From positions 11,357 through 75,356 of the forward strand of contig NZ_JBQEKA010000005.1 in NCBI RefSeq assembly GCF_052103615.1: DNA of 64,000 nucleotides. The letters run 5' to 3'. The notes under the pieces were generated by a model that made no database searches, was not told the origin of the DNA, and saw nothing but the letters and a program-made list of their open reading frames with translations. The DNA is from Kerstersia sp. GTDB taxonomy: Bacteria; Pseudomonadota; Gammaproteobacteria; Burkholderiales; Burkholderiaceae_B. The position numbers were made by a program, and so were the translations under genes. Below, one piece after another: positions 1 through 10,333 of the stretch (the first letter of the stretch is position 1; the number at the start of each line of letters is the position of its first letter).

Positions 1-1490
1 CCGCCATCGCCCATGATGCTGATGGTGCGCCTGTCGGTTTCCGGTGTATTGAATGCTGCCGCCCCGGCGGCGCCCAGGCCGTAGCCCATGGACGTCGCGC
101 CGATATTGAATGGCGCCAGCGCAGCAAACTGATGGCAGCCGATGTCCGCGCTGACATAGTGCTTGCCTAGGCGGTTTTCGGTCATTTTCAGCGCCGTGAA
201 AATTGGCCGTTCCGGGCAGCCGGTACAAAACGATGGCGGCCGCGGCAGCACGCCCGAGACGGGCTCCAAGGCCACGCCCGGCATGGATGGCACAATCGGA
301 ATCACCTTGGGGTCCAGCAGCCTGGCCACGCCTGGCGGCAAGGCGCGTCGGCCCAGCAGCGCCGGGGCATGCGCCTGGAAAAATTGCCGCAAGCCCTTGA
401 GCAAGACGCGCGGCGTGTATTCGCCCGCGCGCGGCAGCATGTCCTTGCCATGCAGCCGGGTCGGCGCATCGGCGCGCCGCAAAATCGTGTGCAGTTCCTG
501 CTCGATGAATTCCGGCTGGCCTTCTTCCAGCATCAGCACGGCGGCTTTACCCTCGCAGAACTGCAAGACCTCATCAGGCAGCACCGGATAGACCACATTC
601 ATCACATAAATGGGGAGGTGAGTCTGCCCATAGATATCCGCCAGCCCCATCAGCGCCAGCACCCGCATCAAGGTGTTGTAGATACCGCCCTGCACGATAA
701 TGCCCAGCCCGCGTTCCTCACCCTCAAAAAACTCGTTGAGCCGCTGGTCGCGAATGTAGCGCTGCGCGGCCTGCCAGCGCGATTCGACTTTTTCATGCTC
801 ATGCAGGAATGTGGCCGGGGCCAGCGCCATGCGTTCCACATCGCGCCGCGGATTCTCCATGGCTTCTTTCAGGGAAAAGGCCGGCGCCTGATTGTCCTTG
901 GTTTGGAAGCGGCCATGAAAATGGCAGGCACGCACCCGCAGCGTCAGCATCACCGGCGTATGACTGGCCTCCGACAGTTCGAAACTGCGCTCGACCGCAT
1001 TGACCAGCGAAGTCAGATTGGGGCGCGGGTCCAGCAGCCACATCTGCGACTTCATCGCAAAGGCATGGGAGCGTTCCTGAATGATGCTGGAGCCCTCGCC
1101 GTAGTCTTCACCCAGAATCACCAGCGCGCCCCCAGTGACCCCGCCAGACGCCAAATTCGAGAGCGCATCCGAGGCCACGTTGGTGCCAACCGTGGATTTG
1201 AAGGTAATGGCGCCGCGCAAGGGATAATGCACCGACGCGCCCAGCATGGCTGCCGCCGTGGCTTCGCTGGCGCTGCTCTCAAAATGCACGCCCAGCGCGT
1301 CCAGTTCTTCGCTGGCATCGGCCAGCACATCCATCAGGTGCGATACCGGCGAGCCCTGATAGCCGCCAACATAGGCCACACCTGCCTGCAGCAGCGCCTT
1401 GGTCACGGCGAGGATGCCCTCGCCCTCGAACTCCTGACCGGCGCCCAGCCGCAGTTTTTTGACTTCTTGCTTGAATGATCGCTCTGCCAT
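1..1490 (-). CDS. iorA: Indolepyruvate ferredoxin oxidoreductase alpha subunit (runs off the left edge)
   Basis: Not in the ORF track. Manual minus-strand translation from ATG 1490 (GGGAGA SD) gives MAERSFKQEVKKLRLGAGQEFEGEGILAVTKALLQAGVAYVGGYQGSPVSHL...GEDYGEGSSIIQERSHAFAMKS, typical of the IorA N-terminus. Confidence 0.85.
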   Translation of the reverse strand, partial: MAERSFKQEVKKLRLGAGQEFEGEGILAVTKALLQAGVAYVGGYQGSPVSHLMDVLADASEELDALGVHFESSASEATAAAMLGASVHYPLRGAITFKSTVGTNVASDALSNLASGGVTGGALVILGEDYGEGSSIIQERSHAFAMKSQMWLLDPRPNLTSLVNAVERSFELSEASHTPVMLTLRVRACHFHGRFQTKDNQAPAFSLKEAMENPRRDVERMALAPATFLHEHEKVESRWQAAQRYIRDQRLNEFFEGEERGLGIIVQGGIYNTLMRVLALMGLADIYGQTHLPIYVMNVVYPVLPDEVLQFCEGKAAVLMLEEGQPEFIEQELHTILRRADAPTRLHGKDMLPRAGEYTPRVLLKGLRQFFQAHAPALLGRRALPPGVARLLDPKVIPIVPSMPGVALEPVSGVLPRPPSFCTGCPERPIFTALKMTENRLGKHYVSADIGCHQFAALAPFNIGATSMGYGLGAAGAAAFNTPETDRRTISIMGDG

Positions 1491-1575
1491 GGTGTCTCCC
1501 GTGGAATCGTTGAGCCGAGCGCCCCCCTGCCCGCGCGGCGGAGGGCCTGAAAAAAATGAAAGCGTCAGGAAATGC

Positions 1576-2889
1576 CTAGCCGAAGCGCGCTGGCAGCCAG
1601 GTCGCGATGGCCGGCCAGTAGAAGATGGCTGCCAGCAGCACCAGCGTGATGAGCACATAAGGCGTCACCGCGCGGAAGATATCGGCCATGGACACTTCCG
1701 GCGGCGCCACGCCGCGCATGGTCATCAGCAACATGCCGTGGGGCGGCAGCAGCAAGCCCAGCTGCATGCAGATCAGATACATGATGCCGAACCACACCTG
1801 ATCCACGCCGAGTTGATTCACGATAGGCATGAAGACCGGCAAGGTAATCATCATCATCGAGATCTGCTCGATGAACAGCCCCAGGAAGATCAGCAACAGC
1901 AACATGCAAGCAATGATGGCCGTGGTTGACAGTCCGGTGCCGGTAATCAATTGCACCAGGCCATTGGTAGCGCCGGAAAAACTCAGGATCTGCGAGAACG
2001 TGGCTGCACCCAGGATGATGAACAGAATCATCGCGGAAATAACCATCGTCCCTTTCAGCGCATCGAACAGCTTGCGCGGCGTCAGGGCGCGGTACAGCAC
2101 GGTAATCAAAATGCTGGCCAGAGCGCCCAGGGCCGCGGATTCCGTCGGCGTGGCCCAGCCCGCCAGCATGGAACCGACCACGACAATGAAGATGGCAGCC
2201 AGCGGCAGCACATACACCAGGAACGGCGTGAAACGCGCCCAGCCGTAGTAAGGCTGCAATTCGCTATTGGGTGCGCTCTTGGGGTTCAGGGTGGCGCGCA
2301 CCACGATGTAGCCGATGAAAATCAGGCTCAGGATAAAGCCCGGGGTAATCCCGCCGATGAGCAGCTTGGAAATCGAAATACCGGACAAAGACCCCAGCAG
2401 CACCGTAATCGCTGACGGCGGAATCAGCATATCGACCGCCCCGATGGCCATGATGGGGCCGCAGGCCATCGTGGGCTTGTAGCCACGTTGCAGCATCATG
2501 GGCATCAGCAGGCTGCCCAGCATGGCCGTGGTTGCGATGGTCGATCCCGAAATAGCGGAAAACACCGTTCCGGCCACCACCGCGACCACGGCCAGCCGGC
2601 CCGGCACGGCGCGTATCAGCCGCTCGATGCCATCTATGACCTTCATCGCCACGCCGGTATGGAACAACACCTCCCCCATGAGGATGAACAAGGGAATCGG
2701 CGTCAGGGAAAAACTGGTGACCGAAGCTGAACCATTACGCACCAATTGCCCCAGGCCAGGCTCCCCGCCCAGGTACAGCAATGCGCCCAGCACATTGATC
2801 ACAAGAAATGAGAAGGCGACGGGCATGCCGAGAAACAGCAGCACTGTCGAGCCTCCGAAAAGAAATAAAGCAGCAAGTTGCCATGTCAT
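1576..2889 (-). CDS. TRAP transporter large permease (DctM family)
   Basis: 437 aa, highly hydrophobic, with FSAISGSTIAT and LIPPS motifs. Confidence 0.92.
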   Translation of the reverse strand: MTWQLAALFLFGGSTVLLFLGMPVAFSFLVINVLGALLYLGGEPGLGQLVRNGSASVTSFSLTPIPLFILMGEVLFHTGVAMKVIDGIERLIRAVPGRLAVVAVVAGTVFSAISGSTIATTAMLGSLLMPMMLQRGYKPTMACGPIMAIGAVDMLIPPSAITVLLGSLSGISISKLLIGGITPGFILSLIFIGYIVVRATLNPKSAPNSELQPYYGWARFTPFLVYVLPLAAIFIVVVGSMLAGWATPTESAALGALASILITVLYRALTPRKLFDALKGTMVISAMILFIILGAATFSQILSFSGATNGLVQLITGTGLSTTAIIACMLLLLIFLGLFIEQISMMMITLPVFMPIVNQLGVDQVWFGIMYLICMQLGLLLPPHGMLLMTMRGVAPPEVSMADIFRAVTPYVLITLVLLAAIFYWPAIATWLPARFG

Positions 2890-2967
2890 GATGGTCTATA
2901 CCTTGATTCAGGCACGCGGCGCGCGCCGTGCTGTAGGAATGTCCGGGGTAACGCGGATGGCGCCGTC

Positions 2968-3483
2968 TCAGCTGGCCGACACGGCGTCATGCCGCGGCTG
3001 GTGTTTGGCGCGCCGCAGACGGTCCATGCGGAAGATGAATTCCAGGCTCAGGAGCGCAAACCCCAGCACCCAGGGCGTCGTCGCCCACCACTCCGGCGTG
3101 ACCAGGGTTTTGGTCACCATGCCGCCGCCCTCATAGGCTTCCCAGGTTACCTGCCAGCCCCAGATCGCCAGGATCAGGCTGCAAGCCAGGCCCAGCAGAT
3201 CCGTCAGCCATTCGCAATACCAGCCCGCCCGGGCCGGCAGCGCCTGGAGCAGGATATCGACGCGGATATGCTGGCCCTGGCGCAACAGCCAGGGCGCGGC
3301 CAACAGCGTCATGACGGCCAGCATCCGTTCGGATACCTCATTGCTCCAGGACAGATCCAGCCAGCCAGTATTGCGAAACAGCACATCGGCGCAGATCAAC
3401 AGCGTCATGGCCAGCAGGATCAGGCAGGCAATGCTGAAACACAGATACAGCAGCTGCCCATAAAAACGGGATGCCATGTTCAT
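2968..3483 (-). CDS. TRAP transporter small permease (DctQ family)
   Basis: Four TM segments, SNEVSE and HIRVDIL motifs; start is approximate. Confidence 0.9.
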   Translation of the reverse strand: MNMASRFYGQLLYLCFSIACLILLAMTLLICADVLFRNTGWLDLSWSNEVSERMLAVMTLLAAPWLLRQGQHIRVDILLQALPARAGWYCEWLTDLLGLACSLILAIWGWQVTWEAYEGGGMVTKTLVTPEWWATTPWVLGFALLSLEFIFRMDRLRRAKHQPRHDAVSAS

Positions 3484-3572
3484 GGACGTACCTCGCAGAG
3501 AAATAGACGGGCGCAAACCGGCGGGCGGACCTCACCGAGGCCGCCACGCGGTGCGCATCCAATAATTCAGGG

Positions 3573-4655
3573 TCAGGGCTGGCCGAACAACGCCTGCAAC
3601 TTGTCGCCATGCTTGGGGCTGATTTCCTTCACCCTGCCCCAGGCCTCATCACTGGCTGTCTTGCGCAGTTTTTCCGCCGCCGCCTCATCCAGCGCAATGA
3701 CGTGAATACCGGCCTGCGCCTGGCGCGCGGCCTCCTCGGCCACCTCCTGCTGGTAGGTGGCATTCTGTGCTTCCGCCCAGGCAAACTGTTGGCTCAGGAA
3801 ATCACGCTGTTCCTGCGTCAGGCTATTCCACACGGCCAGATTCATCAGCACACCATTTTCGGAGCTGTAGAACCCAGGATCGACCCGGTACTTGGTTTTC
3901 TCATGCCAGCCCAGATCCAGCATGCCGCCGATGGGCCAGCCATAGCCGTCCACCACACCGCGTTCCAGCGCCGTGTACAGTTCGCCTGGCGCAGTCTGCA
4001 CCACGGTCGCACCCAGCGCCCGGAACAGATCGCGATATACCGGCGTGATACGCATTTTCTGCCCGTCCAGGTCTCCATCGAAACCCTTGTTGGTATAGAT
4101 GTGATACGGCACATGGTCGCTCAGCCTGGCCTGATAAATCAGGCCTTTGGGCGCCATCAGCGTATTCATGTAGTCGATGGCGCCGTTGGCGCGCAGCTCT
4201 TCCGTGCTGCGGTCGGTAAAGGCCATGGCAATCGCCTCGGGCACGATATTGGTGTAGAACACCCCAGTCACGTTAACCAGATCAACCACCCGGTTGCGCA
4301 CGGCATTGCCGACCTCGAACGGCGGCACAGCCTTGGGGCCGCCGATATAGTTGATCTGCACGAGCCCTTTTCCTTCCGCATTGATCTTATCGACCAATTG
4401 TTCGAAATGACGGGAAAAAAATGACCCTTCATCAAACGCGCTGACTGCGCGCAAAGTCACTTCCTGGGCGGCAGCAGGTGCCGCCAGCAGACTGGCGGCC
4501 GCCGCAGCCAGAACGGCAACGGCGGCATGCGCGGCCGCGCGGGGATGCCGTATGGCGCTGCCCTCTCTGCGGAAAACCAAACAGGATACGAAAGCGCGCC
4601 AATTGCCAGGCTGGCGTTCTCCACGGGATTCGCGCATGTATTCAAGCGTAGGCAT
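3573..4655 (-). CDS. TRAP substrate-binding protein (DctP family)
   Basis: GGAG SD before ATG 4655, signal peptide ending AAA-Q, motifs KMRITP and ELYTALERGVVDG. Confidence 0.9.
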   Translation of the reverse strand: MPTLEYMRESRGERQPGNWRAFVSCLVFRREGSAIRHPRAAAHAAVAVLAAAAASLLAAPAAAQEVTLRAVSAFDEGSFFSRHFEQLVDKINAEGKGLVQINYIGGPKAVPPFEVGNAVRNRVVDLVNVTGVFYTNIVPEAIAMAFTDRSTEELRANGAIDYMNTLMAPKGLIYQARLSDHVPYHIYTNKGFDGDLDGQKMRITPVYRDLFRALGATVVQTAPGELYTALERGVVDGYGWPIGGMLDLGWHEKTKYRVDPGFYSSENGVLMNLAVWNSLTQEQRDFLSQQFAWAEAQNATYQQEVAEEAARQAQAGIHVIALDEAAAEKLRKTASDEAWGRVKEISPKHGDKLQALFGQP

Positions 4656-4856
4656 GTTGTCTCCATTGATGGATATCGAAACCGGCTGTCAGCAGCCGGC
4701 TCTTTCTTATTGTTTGTCTTGGTGCTGCCGCCCCGCCCGTCTCCATACGGGCAAGCACGCGATCTCCGTACCTCCGCGGCAAACCGCCAGCTATCACGCA
4801 CAAACAGTCTACGAGCCAGCATTTATGACGGTCAATCACGTTTATTGCTAATATCC

Positions 4857-4872
4857 ATTAATTATTTTCATA
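4857..4872. promoter_or_regulatory. Putative LysR-type recognition site (T-N11-A)
   Basis: ATTAATTATTTTCATA in the AT-rich spacer between the divergent TRAP and LysR genes; near-identical copy at 37985-38000. Confidence 0.55.
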
Positions 4873-4914
4873 CTCAAGACTACAATCCAGGCAGTCTTTC
4901 AAAGGGACACGGGC

Positions 4915-5859
4915 ATGGAAATCAAGCAACTCAAGGCCTTGCAGGCCATCGTGGACACCGGCAGCTTCAGCGAAGCCGCCGCCCAGCTGGATCTGACGCA
5001 ATCCGCCCTGAGTCATCAAGTGCGGCGCCTGGAAGAGGAGCTGGATGAAACGCTGCTGATCCGCGCCCGCCCCAAGGTCTATCCTTCCGAAGCAGGCCAG
5101 GCCGTGCTGGCGTCGGCCCGGCGCATCCAGGCGGAACTCGCCGCCCTGGAAACGCGCTTTGCACGCACCCGCAAAGGACCGGTCACTGGCACCTTGCGGA
5201 TTGCCGCGACCTCTCTATCCATCGTCTATGTGCTGGGCGACCTTTGTGAAGCCTTTCTGGAAAAATATCCCGGCATCGAAGTCATTTTCACTGCGGCCGA
5301 AACAGCCAACGCCGCGGTCCGGCGCGTGCTATCCGGGACGTCCGACCTGGCGTTCGCGCCCATCATCGAAGCGAACCGGCAACTGGTCACCGTTGCGCTG
5401 GGGCGAACGGAACACGCTTTCATCGTGCGCAACAGCCACCCGCTGGCACAGCAGGACGCGGTCTCGCTCGATGAGTTGCGTGTGTTTCCGTTCGTGCTGT
5501 TTCAATCTGGCAGCGGCACCCGCGACATCATGGATACCCTGCTGCTGCCCGGCGGCGGCTATGGCCGCATCCTGACGGAATCCAACGATGCCCAGTTCAT
5601 CAAGCGCATCGTCTCCATCACCAATGGCGTCGCGCTAATGCCGGTTTATGCCTTGTCAGACAGCGTGGCGCGGGAAAAACTAAGCTTGCTGCCCTGCTCG
5701 GAGGCCGTGCCGCATGTCGATATAGGCATCGTGCACCGCCGCAGCGTGCAAATGCACACGATTGAACTCTTCAAGCAGCTCTGCCTGGACCAGCGCGGCC
5801 CATCCATGCTGCACTTCACCCGCGCCAATCTGGGCCGGACGGGGTTGGGCGGCGCCTAG
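4915..5859 (+). CDS. LysR family transcriptional regulator
   Basis: N-terminal HTH MEIKQLKALQAIVDTGSFSEAAAQLDLTQSALSHQVRRLEEEL. Confidence 0.95.
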   Translation: MEIKQLKALQAIVDTGSFSEAAAQLDLTQSALSHQVRRLEEELDETLLIRARPKVYPSEAGQAVLASARRIQAELAALETRFARTRKGPVTGTLRIAATSLSIVYVLGDLCEAFLEKYPGIEVIFTAAETANAAVRRVLSGTSDLAFAPIIEANRQLVTVALGRTEHAFIVRNSHPLAQQDAVSLDELRVFPFVLFQSGSGTRDIMDTLLLPGGGYGRILTESNDAQFIKRIVSITNGVALMPVYALSDSVAREKLSLLPCSEAVPHVDIGIVHRRSVQMHTIELFKQLCLDQRGPSMLHFTRANLGRTGLGGA

Positions 5860-5886
5860 AAGCCAGGAACATGGCGCGCGGGCAGC

Positions 5887-5919
5887 AAAAAAATGGGCCG
5901 GCATCAGGCCGGCCCATTT
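5887..5919 (-). terminator. Intrinsic terminator between convergent lysR and ssb
   Basis: Perfect 12-bp stem AAATGGGCCGGC/GCCGGCCCATTT with a 5-nt loop and an A-run giving a U tail on the minus strand. Confidence 0.8.
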
Positions 5920-5931
5920 CTGTCTGCGGGA

Positions 5932-6450
5932 TCAGAACGGAATGTCGTCGTCCATATCCGCCAGATTTGCAGCCTGGCTGGGGCGCGGCGCGGTTTGCTG
6001 CGGCGCCTGGCGCTGTTGCGTCATCTGGCGCGGCGCGGGCGCCGCGTCGCCATAATCGGAACCGCCGGAACGGCCGCCGCCGTAATTGCCGCCACCACCG
6101 CCGCCACCGCCATCTTCACGGCCGCCCAGCATTTGCATCTGGTCAGCCACGATTTCCGTGGTGTAGCGCTCGATGTTTTCCTTGTCCGTCCACTTGCGGG
6201 TTTTCAGGCGGCCTTCGAGGTAAATGGAACGGCCCTTCTTCAGGTACTCGCCAGCGATCTCGGCCAGGCGGCCATAGAACACCACGCGGTGCCATTCCGT
6301 TTCCTCACGGCGATCGCCGCTTGCCTTGTCTTTCCATTGAGAAGTCGTTGCCACGGATACGTTGCAGATTGCCGCGCCATCCGCGCTGTAGCGGACTTCG
6401 GGGTCGCGCCCCAGGTTGCCCACGATAATGACCTTGTTGACCGACGCCAT
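5932..6450 (-). CDS. ssb: Single-stranded DNA-binding protein
   Basis: [18 protein letters not shown] start, Gly-rich linker, C-terminal DDDIPF. Confidence 0.98.
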   Translation of the reverse strand: MASVNKVIIVGNLGRDPEVRYSADGAAICNVSVATTSQWKDKASGDRREETEWHRVVFYGRLAEIAGEYLKKGRSIYLEGRLKTRKWTDKENIERYTTEIVADQMQMLGGREDGGGGGGGGNYGGGRSGGSDYGDAAPAPRQMTQQRQAPQQTAPRPSQAANLADMDDDIPF

Positions 6451-6522
6451 GCCGTTCTCCTCTACGCACTACATTGAAGGGCGCTATAGTACCAAGTTGG
6501 CCTACGCATCTGTGACTACCGG

Positions 6523-9384
6523 ATGGACGAAATTCGCATACGCGGCGCACGCACCCATAACCTGAAAAACATTTCCCTGGACCTGCCCCGCCACAAGCTG
6601 GTGGTGATGACCGGCGTCTCGGGTTCTGGCAAATCTTCCCTGGCTTTCGACACTTTGTATGCCGAAGGCCAGCGGCGCTATGTCGAAAGCCTGTCGGCCT
6701 ACGCGCGCCAATTCCTGCAACTGATGGACAAGCCTGATGTCGATCTGATCGAGGGCCTGTCCCCCGCCATCGCCATCGAGCAAAAATCCGCCGGCCACAA
6801 CCCGCGATCCACCGTCGGCACGGTAACAGAAATCCACGACTATCTGCGCCTGCTGTATGCCAGAGTTGGCACGCCTTATTGCCCGGAGCACGGACAGCCG
6901 CTGGAGGCGCAAAGCATTGCGCAAATGGTCGATGCCATCCTGGCCATGCCCGAGGAAAGCCGCATCGCCATTCTCGCCCCCGTGGCCCATGACCGCAAGG
7001 GCAGCTTCGAAGCGGAATGTGCCAATCTGCAAGCGCAAGGCTATGTGCGCCTGCGGCTGGATGGCGAGATGACGGATATCGACAGCATGCCGGCGCTGGA
7101 CCCGAATGCCCGCCATAGCCTGGATGTCGTGGTTGACCGGCTGCGGGTGCGCGCCGGTGTGCGCTCGCGCCTGGCGGAAAGCCTGGAAACCGCGCTGTCA
7201 CTGTCGCAGGGCCGCATTCTGGTTCTCGATATGGACAGCAATGCTGAACAGGTCTTTTCCAGCCGCTACGCCTGTCCGGTCTGCAGCCGCGGCCTGACGG
7301 AACTGGAACCGCGCCTGTTCAGCTTCAATAACCCCATGGGTGCCTGCCCCTGCTGCGACGGCCTGGGCCAGGTTGGTGTTTTCGATGCCAAACGGATTGT
7401 CGCTTTCCCCGAGCTAAGTCTGGCCGGTGGCGCCATCAAGGGCTGGGACAGGCGCAATGCCTTCGCCTTCAATATGCTCAACAGCCTGGCAACGCATTAT
7501 GGTTTCGATCTGGAAACCCCGTTTGATGACTTGCCCGAAGACGTCCGCCAGATCGTGCTGCACGGCTCCGGCACCGAGGAAATCGAATTCGCCTACCTGA
7601 ATGAGAAAGGCCGCAGCACGGTACGCAGCCACCCCTTCGAAGGCATCATCCCGAATCTGGAACGGCGCTGGCGCGAAACCGACTCTTCCGCCGTGCGCGA
7701 GGAATTGGAAAAATTCCGCAGCATCCAGACCTGCCCCGATTGCGGCGGCTCGCGCCTGCGCGCAGAGGCCCGCCATGTCCGCATCGGCAACGACATGCCG
7801 CCGGGCGAGCGCCTGGGCCAGGAAACCGGTCTGGCCATTTATGAGGTCGAGGCCATGCCGCTGGCCGCCTGCCAGACCTGGTTCGACAATCTGGCGCTGG
7901 AAGGCGCGCGCCAGGAAATCGCGGCGCGTATTGTCAATGAAATCAGCGCCCGGCTGCGTTTCCTGAATAATGTCGGCCTGGGCTATCTGTCCCTAGATCG
8001 CAGCGCCACCACGATTTCCGGCGGCGAAGCCCAGCGCATCCGCCTGGCCAGCCAGATCGGCTCGGGCCTGACCGGCGTCATGTATGTGCTGGATGAACCG
8101 TCCATCGGCTTGCACCAGCGTGACAATGACCGCCTCATCAGCACGCTCAAGCATTTGCGCGACCTGGGCAATAGCGTCATCGTCGTGGAACATGACGAAG
8201 ACATGATCCGTGAGGCCGACTGGGTCGTGGATATGGGGCCAGGCGCAGGCGAGCACGGCGGCACCGTGACGGCGCAGGGCACACCGGCCGAGATCCAGGC
8301 GCAGCCTGCGTCGCTGACCGGCCAGTACCTCAATGGCACGCGCGCCGTTGCCATTCCGCAACGCCGCAGCGTCGATCCCGACACCCGCTGGCTGGAAATT
8401 TCCGGCTGCACGGGCAACAACCTGAAAAACGTCGATCTGCGCCTGCCTGTGGGCAAGCTGGTCTGCGTTGCCGGGGTGTCAGGCTCGGGCAAATCGACGC
8501 TAGTCAACGACACCCTGGCGCGTGTCGCCGCCATGGCCTTGAACCGCGCCCAGGAAGAATCCGCGCCTTACAGCGCCGTGACCGGCCTGGAGCATTTCGA
8601 CAAAATCATCACGGTTGACCAAAGCCCTATCGGCCGCACGCCACGCAGCAACCCGGCCACCTACACCGGCCTGTTCACCCCTATGCGCGAACTGTTCGCC
8701 GGCGTGCCCGAAGCCCGGGCGCGGGGCTATGACCCCGGCCGTTTCAGTTTCAACGTCAAGGGCGGCCGCTGCGAAGCCTGCCAGGGCGATGGCGTGGTCA
8801 AGGTCGAAATGCACTTCCTGCCGGATATGTATGTGCCTTGCGATACCTGCCACGGAAAACGCTACAACCGGGAAACCCTGGAAATCCGTTACCGGGGCCG
8901 CAATATCAGCGAAGTGCTGGACCTGACGGTGGGGCAGGCGCTGGAATATTTCGACGCGGTCCCGGCCATCGCCCGGCGCCTGCAAACGCTGGCGGACGTC
9001 GGCCTGTCCTACATCCGCCTGGGGCAAAGCGCCACGACCCTGTCAGGCGGCGAAGCCCAGCGCGTCAAGCTTTCGCTGGAACTGGCGCGGCGCGGTACCG
9101 GCAAAACCCTGTATGTCCTGGATGAGCCGACCACCGGCTTGCACTTCCAGGATATCCAGATGCTGCTGCAAGTGCTCAATCAATTGGTGGAAGCGGGCAA
9201 TACCGTCCTGGTGATCGAACACAATCTGGATGTCATCAAGACCGCAGACTGGGTCATAGACATGGGGCCGGAAGGCGGCCAGGGCGGCGGGCAGATCGTT
9301 GCCCAGGGCACACCTGAGTCCATCGCCAGCACGGACAGCCCCACCGCCCCCTATCTGCAGCGTGCGCTTTCCATGGCAATATAG
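6523..9384 (+). CDS. uvrA: Excinuclease ABC subunit A
   Basis: [10 protein letters not shown], two Walker A motifs (GVSGSGKS), Cys zinc fingers, LSGGEAQR; divergent from ssb. Confidence 0.98.
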   Translation: MDEIRIRGARTHNLKNISLDLPRHKLVVMTGVSGSGKSSLAFDTLYAEGQRRYVESLSAYARQFLQLMDKPDVDLIEGLSPAIAIEQKSAGHNPRSTVGTVTEIHDYLRLLYARVGTPYCPEHGQPLEAQSIAQMVDAILAMPEESRIAILAPVAHDRKGSFEAECANLQAQGYVRLRLDGEMTDIDSMPALDPNARHSLDVVVDRLRVRAGVRSRLAESLETALSLSQGRILVLDMDSNAEQVFSSRYACPVCSRGLTELEPRLFSFNNPMGACPCCDGLGQVGVFDAKRIVAFPELSLAGGAIKGWDRRNAFAFNMLNSLATHYGFDLETPFDDLPEDVRQIVLHGSGTEEIEFAYLNEKGRSTVRSHPFEGIIPNLERRWRETDSSAVREELEKFRSIQTCPDCGGSRLRAEARHVRIGNDMPPGERLGQETGLAIYEVEAMPLAACQTWFDNLALEGARQEIAARIVNEISARLRFLNNVGLGYLSLDRSATTISGGEAQRIRLASQIGSGLTGVMYVLDEPSIGLHQRDNDRLISTLKHLRDLGNSVIVVEHDEDMIREADWVVDMGPGAGEHGGTVTAQGTPAEIQAQPASLTGQYLNGTRAVAIPQRRSVDPDTRWLEISGCTGNNLKNVDLRLPVGKLVCVAGVSGSGKSTLVNDTLARVAAMALNRAQEESAPYSAVTGLEHFDKIITVDQSPIGRTPRSNPATYTGLFTPMRELFAGVPEARARGYDPGRFSFNVKGGRCEACQGDGVVKVEMHFLPDMYVPCDTCHGKRYNRETLEIRYRGRNISEVLDLTVGQALEYFDAVPAIARRLQTLADVGLSYIRLGQSATTLSGGEAQRVKLSLELARRGTGKTLYVLDEPTTGLHFQDIQMLLQVLNQLVEAGNTVLVIEHNLDVIKTADWVIDMGPEGGQGGGQIVAQGTPESIASTDSPTAPYLQRALSMAI

Positions 9385-9433
9385 TGCCGGCGCGCGCCTG
9401 CCTTTCCCTCATTCGCAACAGGAGTTTTACCCT

Positions 9434-10333
9434 ATGAACGGTATTTCAGATCGTGAAGCCATCGGCGAACTGCGCAATACCCTGGGGCTGGATTGCGTTG
9501 AGTTCATCGAATACGCCACCACCCGCCCGCAGGCATTCGGGCAGTTGCTGGAAAAACTGGGCTTTCATCTTGCCGGGCGCCACCGTTCCCGCGAAGTCCT
9601 GCTGTACCGCCAGGGCGGCATGAACATTATCGTCAATGCCCATACCCAGGAAGGGCTGAGCACGGCTTACCCGTCCGCCATGCCCGAAATCGCCGCCATC
9701 GCCTTCCGCGTGCGCGATGCCGGTGCCGCCTGGCGCGCTGCCACGGCGCGCGGCGCCTGGCCGGTCGCGCCTCAGGTCGAAGCCATGGAGCTGAACATCC
9801 CGGCCATCCGGGGCGTGGGCGCCAGCAAAATCTATTTCGTGGACCGCTACGAAGAATTCTCCATTTATGACGTCGATTTCGTGCCTGTGGACGTTCCGGC
9901 GGCCCGCCGCCCGCTGGCCACGCCGCTGCGCTTTTTCGGCATCGTGCAGTATGTCGGCATCGGCCGCCTGGACGACTGGATCGCCTTTTACGAAAACCTG
10001 CTCGATTTCAGCGCCCTGCCGCCGGGCACGCGTTTTGGCAACCTGCCCAGCGGCCGCGTGCTGCAAAGCCCCTGCCACCGCTTTTTCCTGCAACTGATCG
10101 AACCCACGCCTGACGCTGCCAGCGCCCATCCGGTCGAACAATTGCACCGGCTGGCCTTTGCCACGCCCGATGTGCTGGCCAGCGTGGAACAAATGCGCCG
10201 CAATGGCCTGGATTTCGTCGAATCTTCCCTGCTGCACAGCGATGACCGCGGCGCCCTGACCCAGGCCTATCTGGATGGCGTGCATTTTGAACTGGTGCGC
10301 GAGCTGGACGATGCCCCGGGGGCAGCGTCATGA
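9434..10333 (+). CDS. HPPD-like VOC-fold protein resembling the C-terminal half of QuiC-type dehydroshikimate dehydratases
   Basis: CVEFIEYA and GRHRSREVLLYRQGGMNIIVNA; start chosen after GGAG at 9421; the first HPPD iron-binding His (DH motif) appears replaced (GIVQYV). Confidence 0.75.
   Translation: MNGISDREAIGELRNTLGLDCVEFIEYATTRPQAFGQLLEKLGFHLAGRHRSREVLLYRQGGMNIIVNAHTQEGLSTAYPSAMPEIAAIAFRVRDAGAAWRAATARGAWPVAPQVEAMELNIPAIRGVGASKIYFVDRYEEFSIYDVDFVPVDVPAARRPLATPLRFFGIVQYVGIGRLDDWIAFYENLLDFSALPPGTRFGNLPSGRVLQSPCHRFFLQLIEPTPDAASAHPVEQLHRLAFATPDVLASVEQMRRNGLDFVESSLLHSDDRGALTQAYLDGVHFELVRELDDAPGAAS

Noticed and set aside
369-1478. 369-aa plus-strand ORF and many other long antisense ORFs in the track
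   Set aside because: These are shadows of real genes on the opposite strand, typical of high-GC DNA; the real gene here is iorA on the minus strand.
6060-6130. (GCC)n-like repeats as a VNTR
   Set aside because: They encode the normal Gly-rich SSB linker.
6451-6522. LexA (CTGT-N8-ACAG) box between ssb and uvrA
   Set aside because: CTGT is present at about 6510 but lacks the ACAG half-site.
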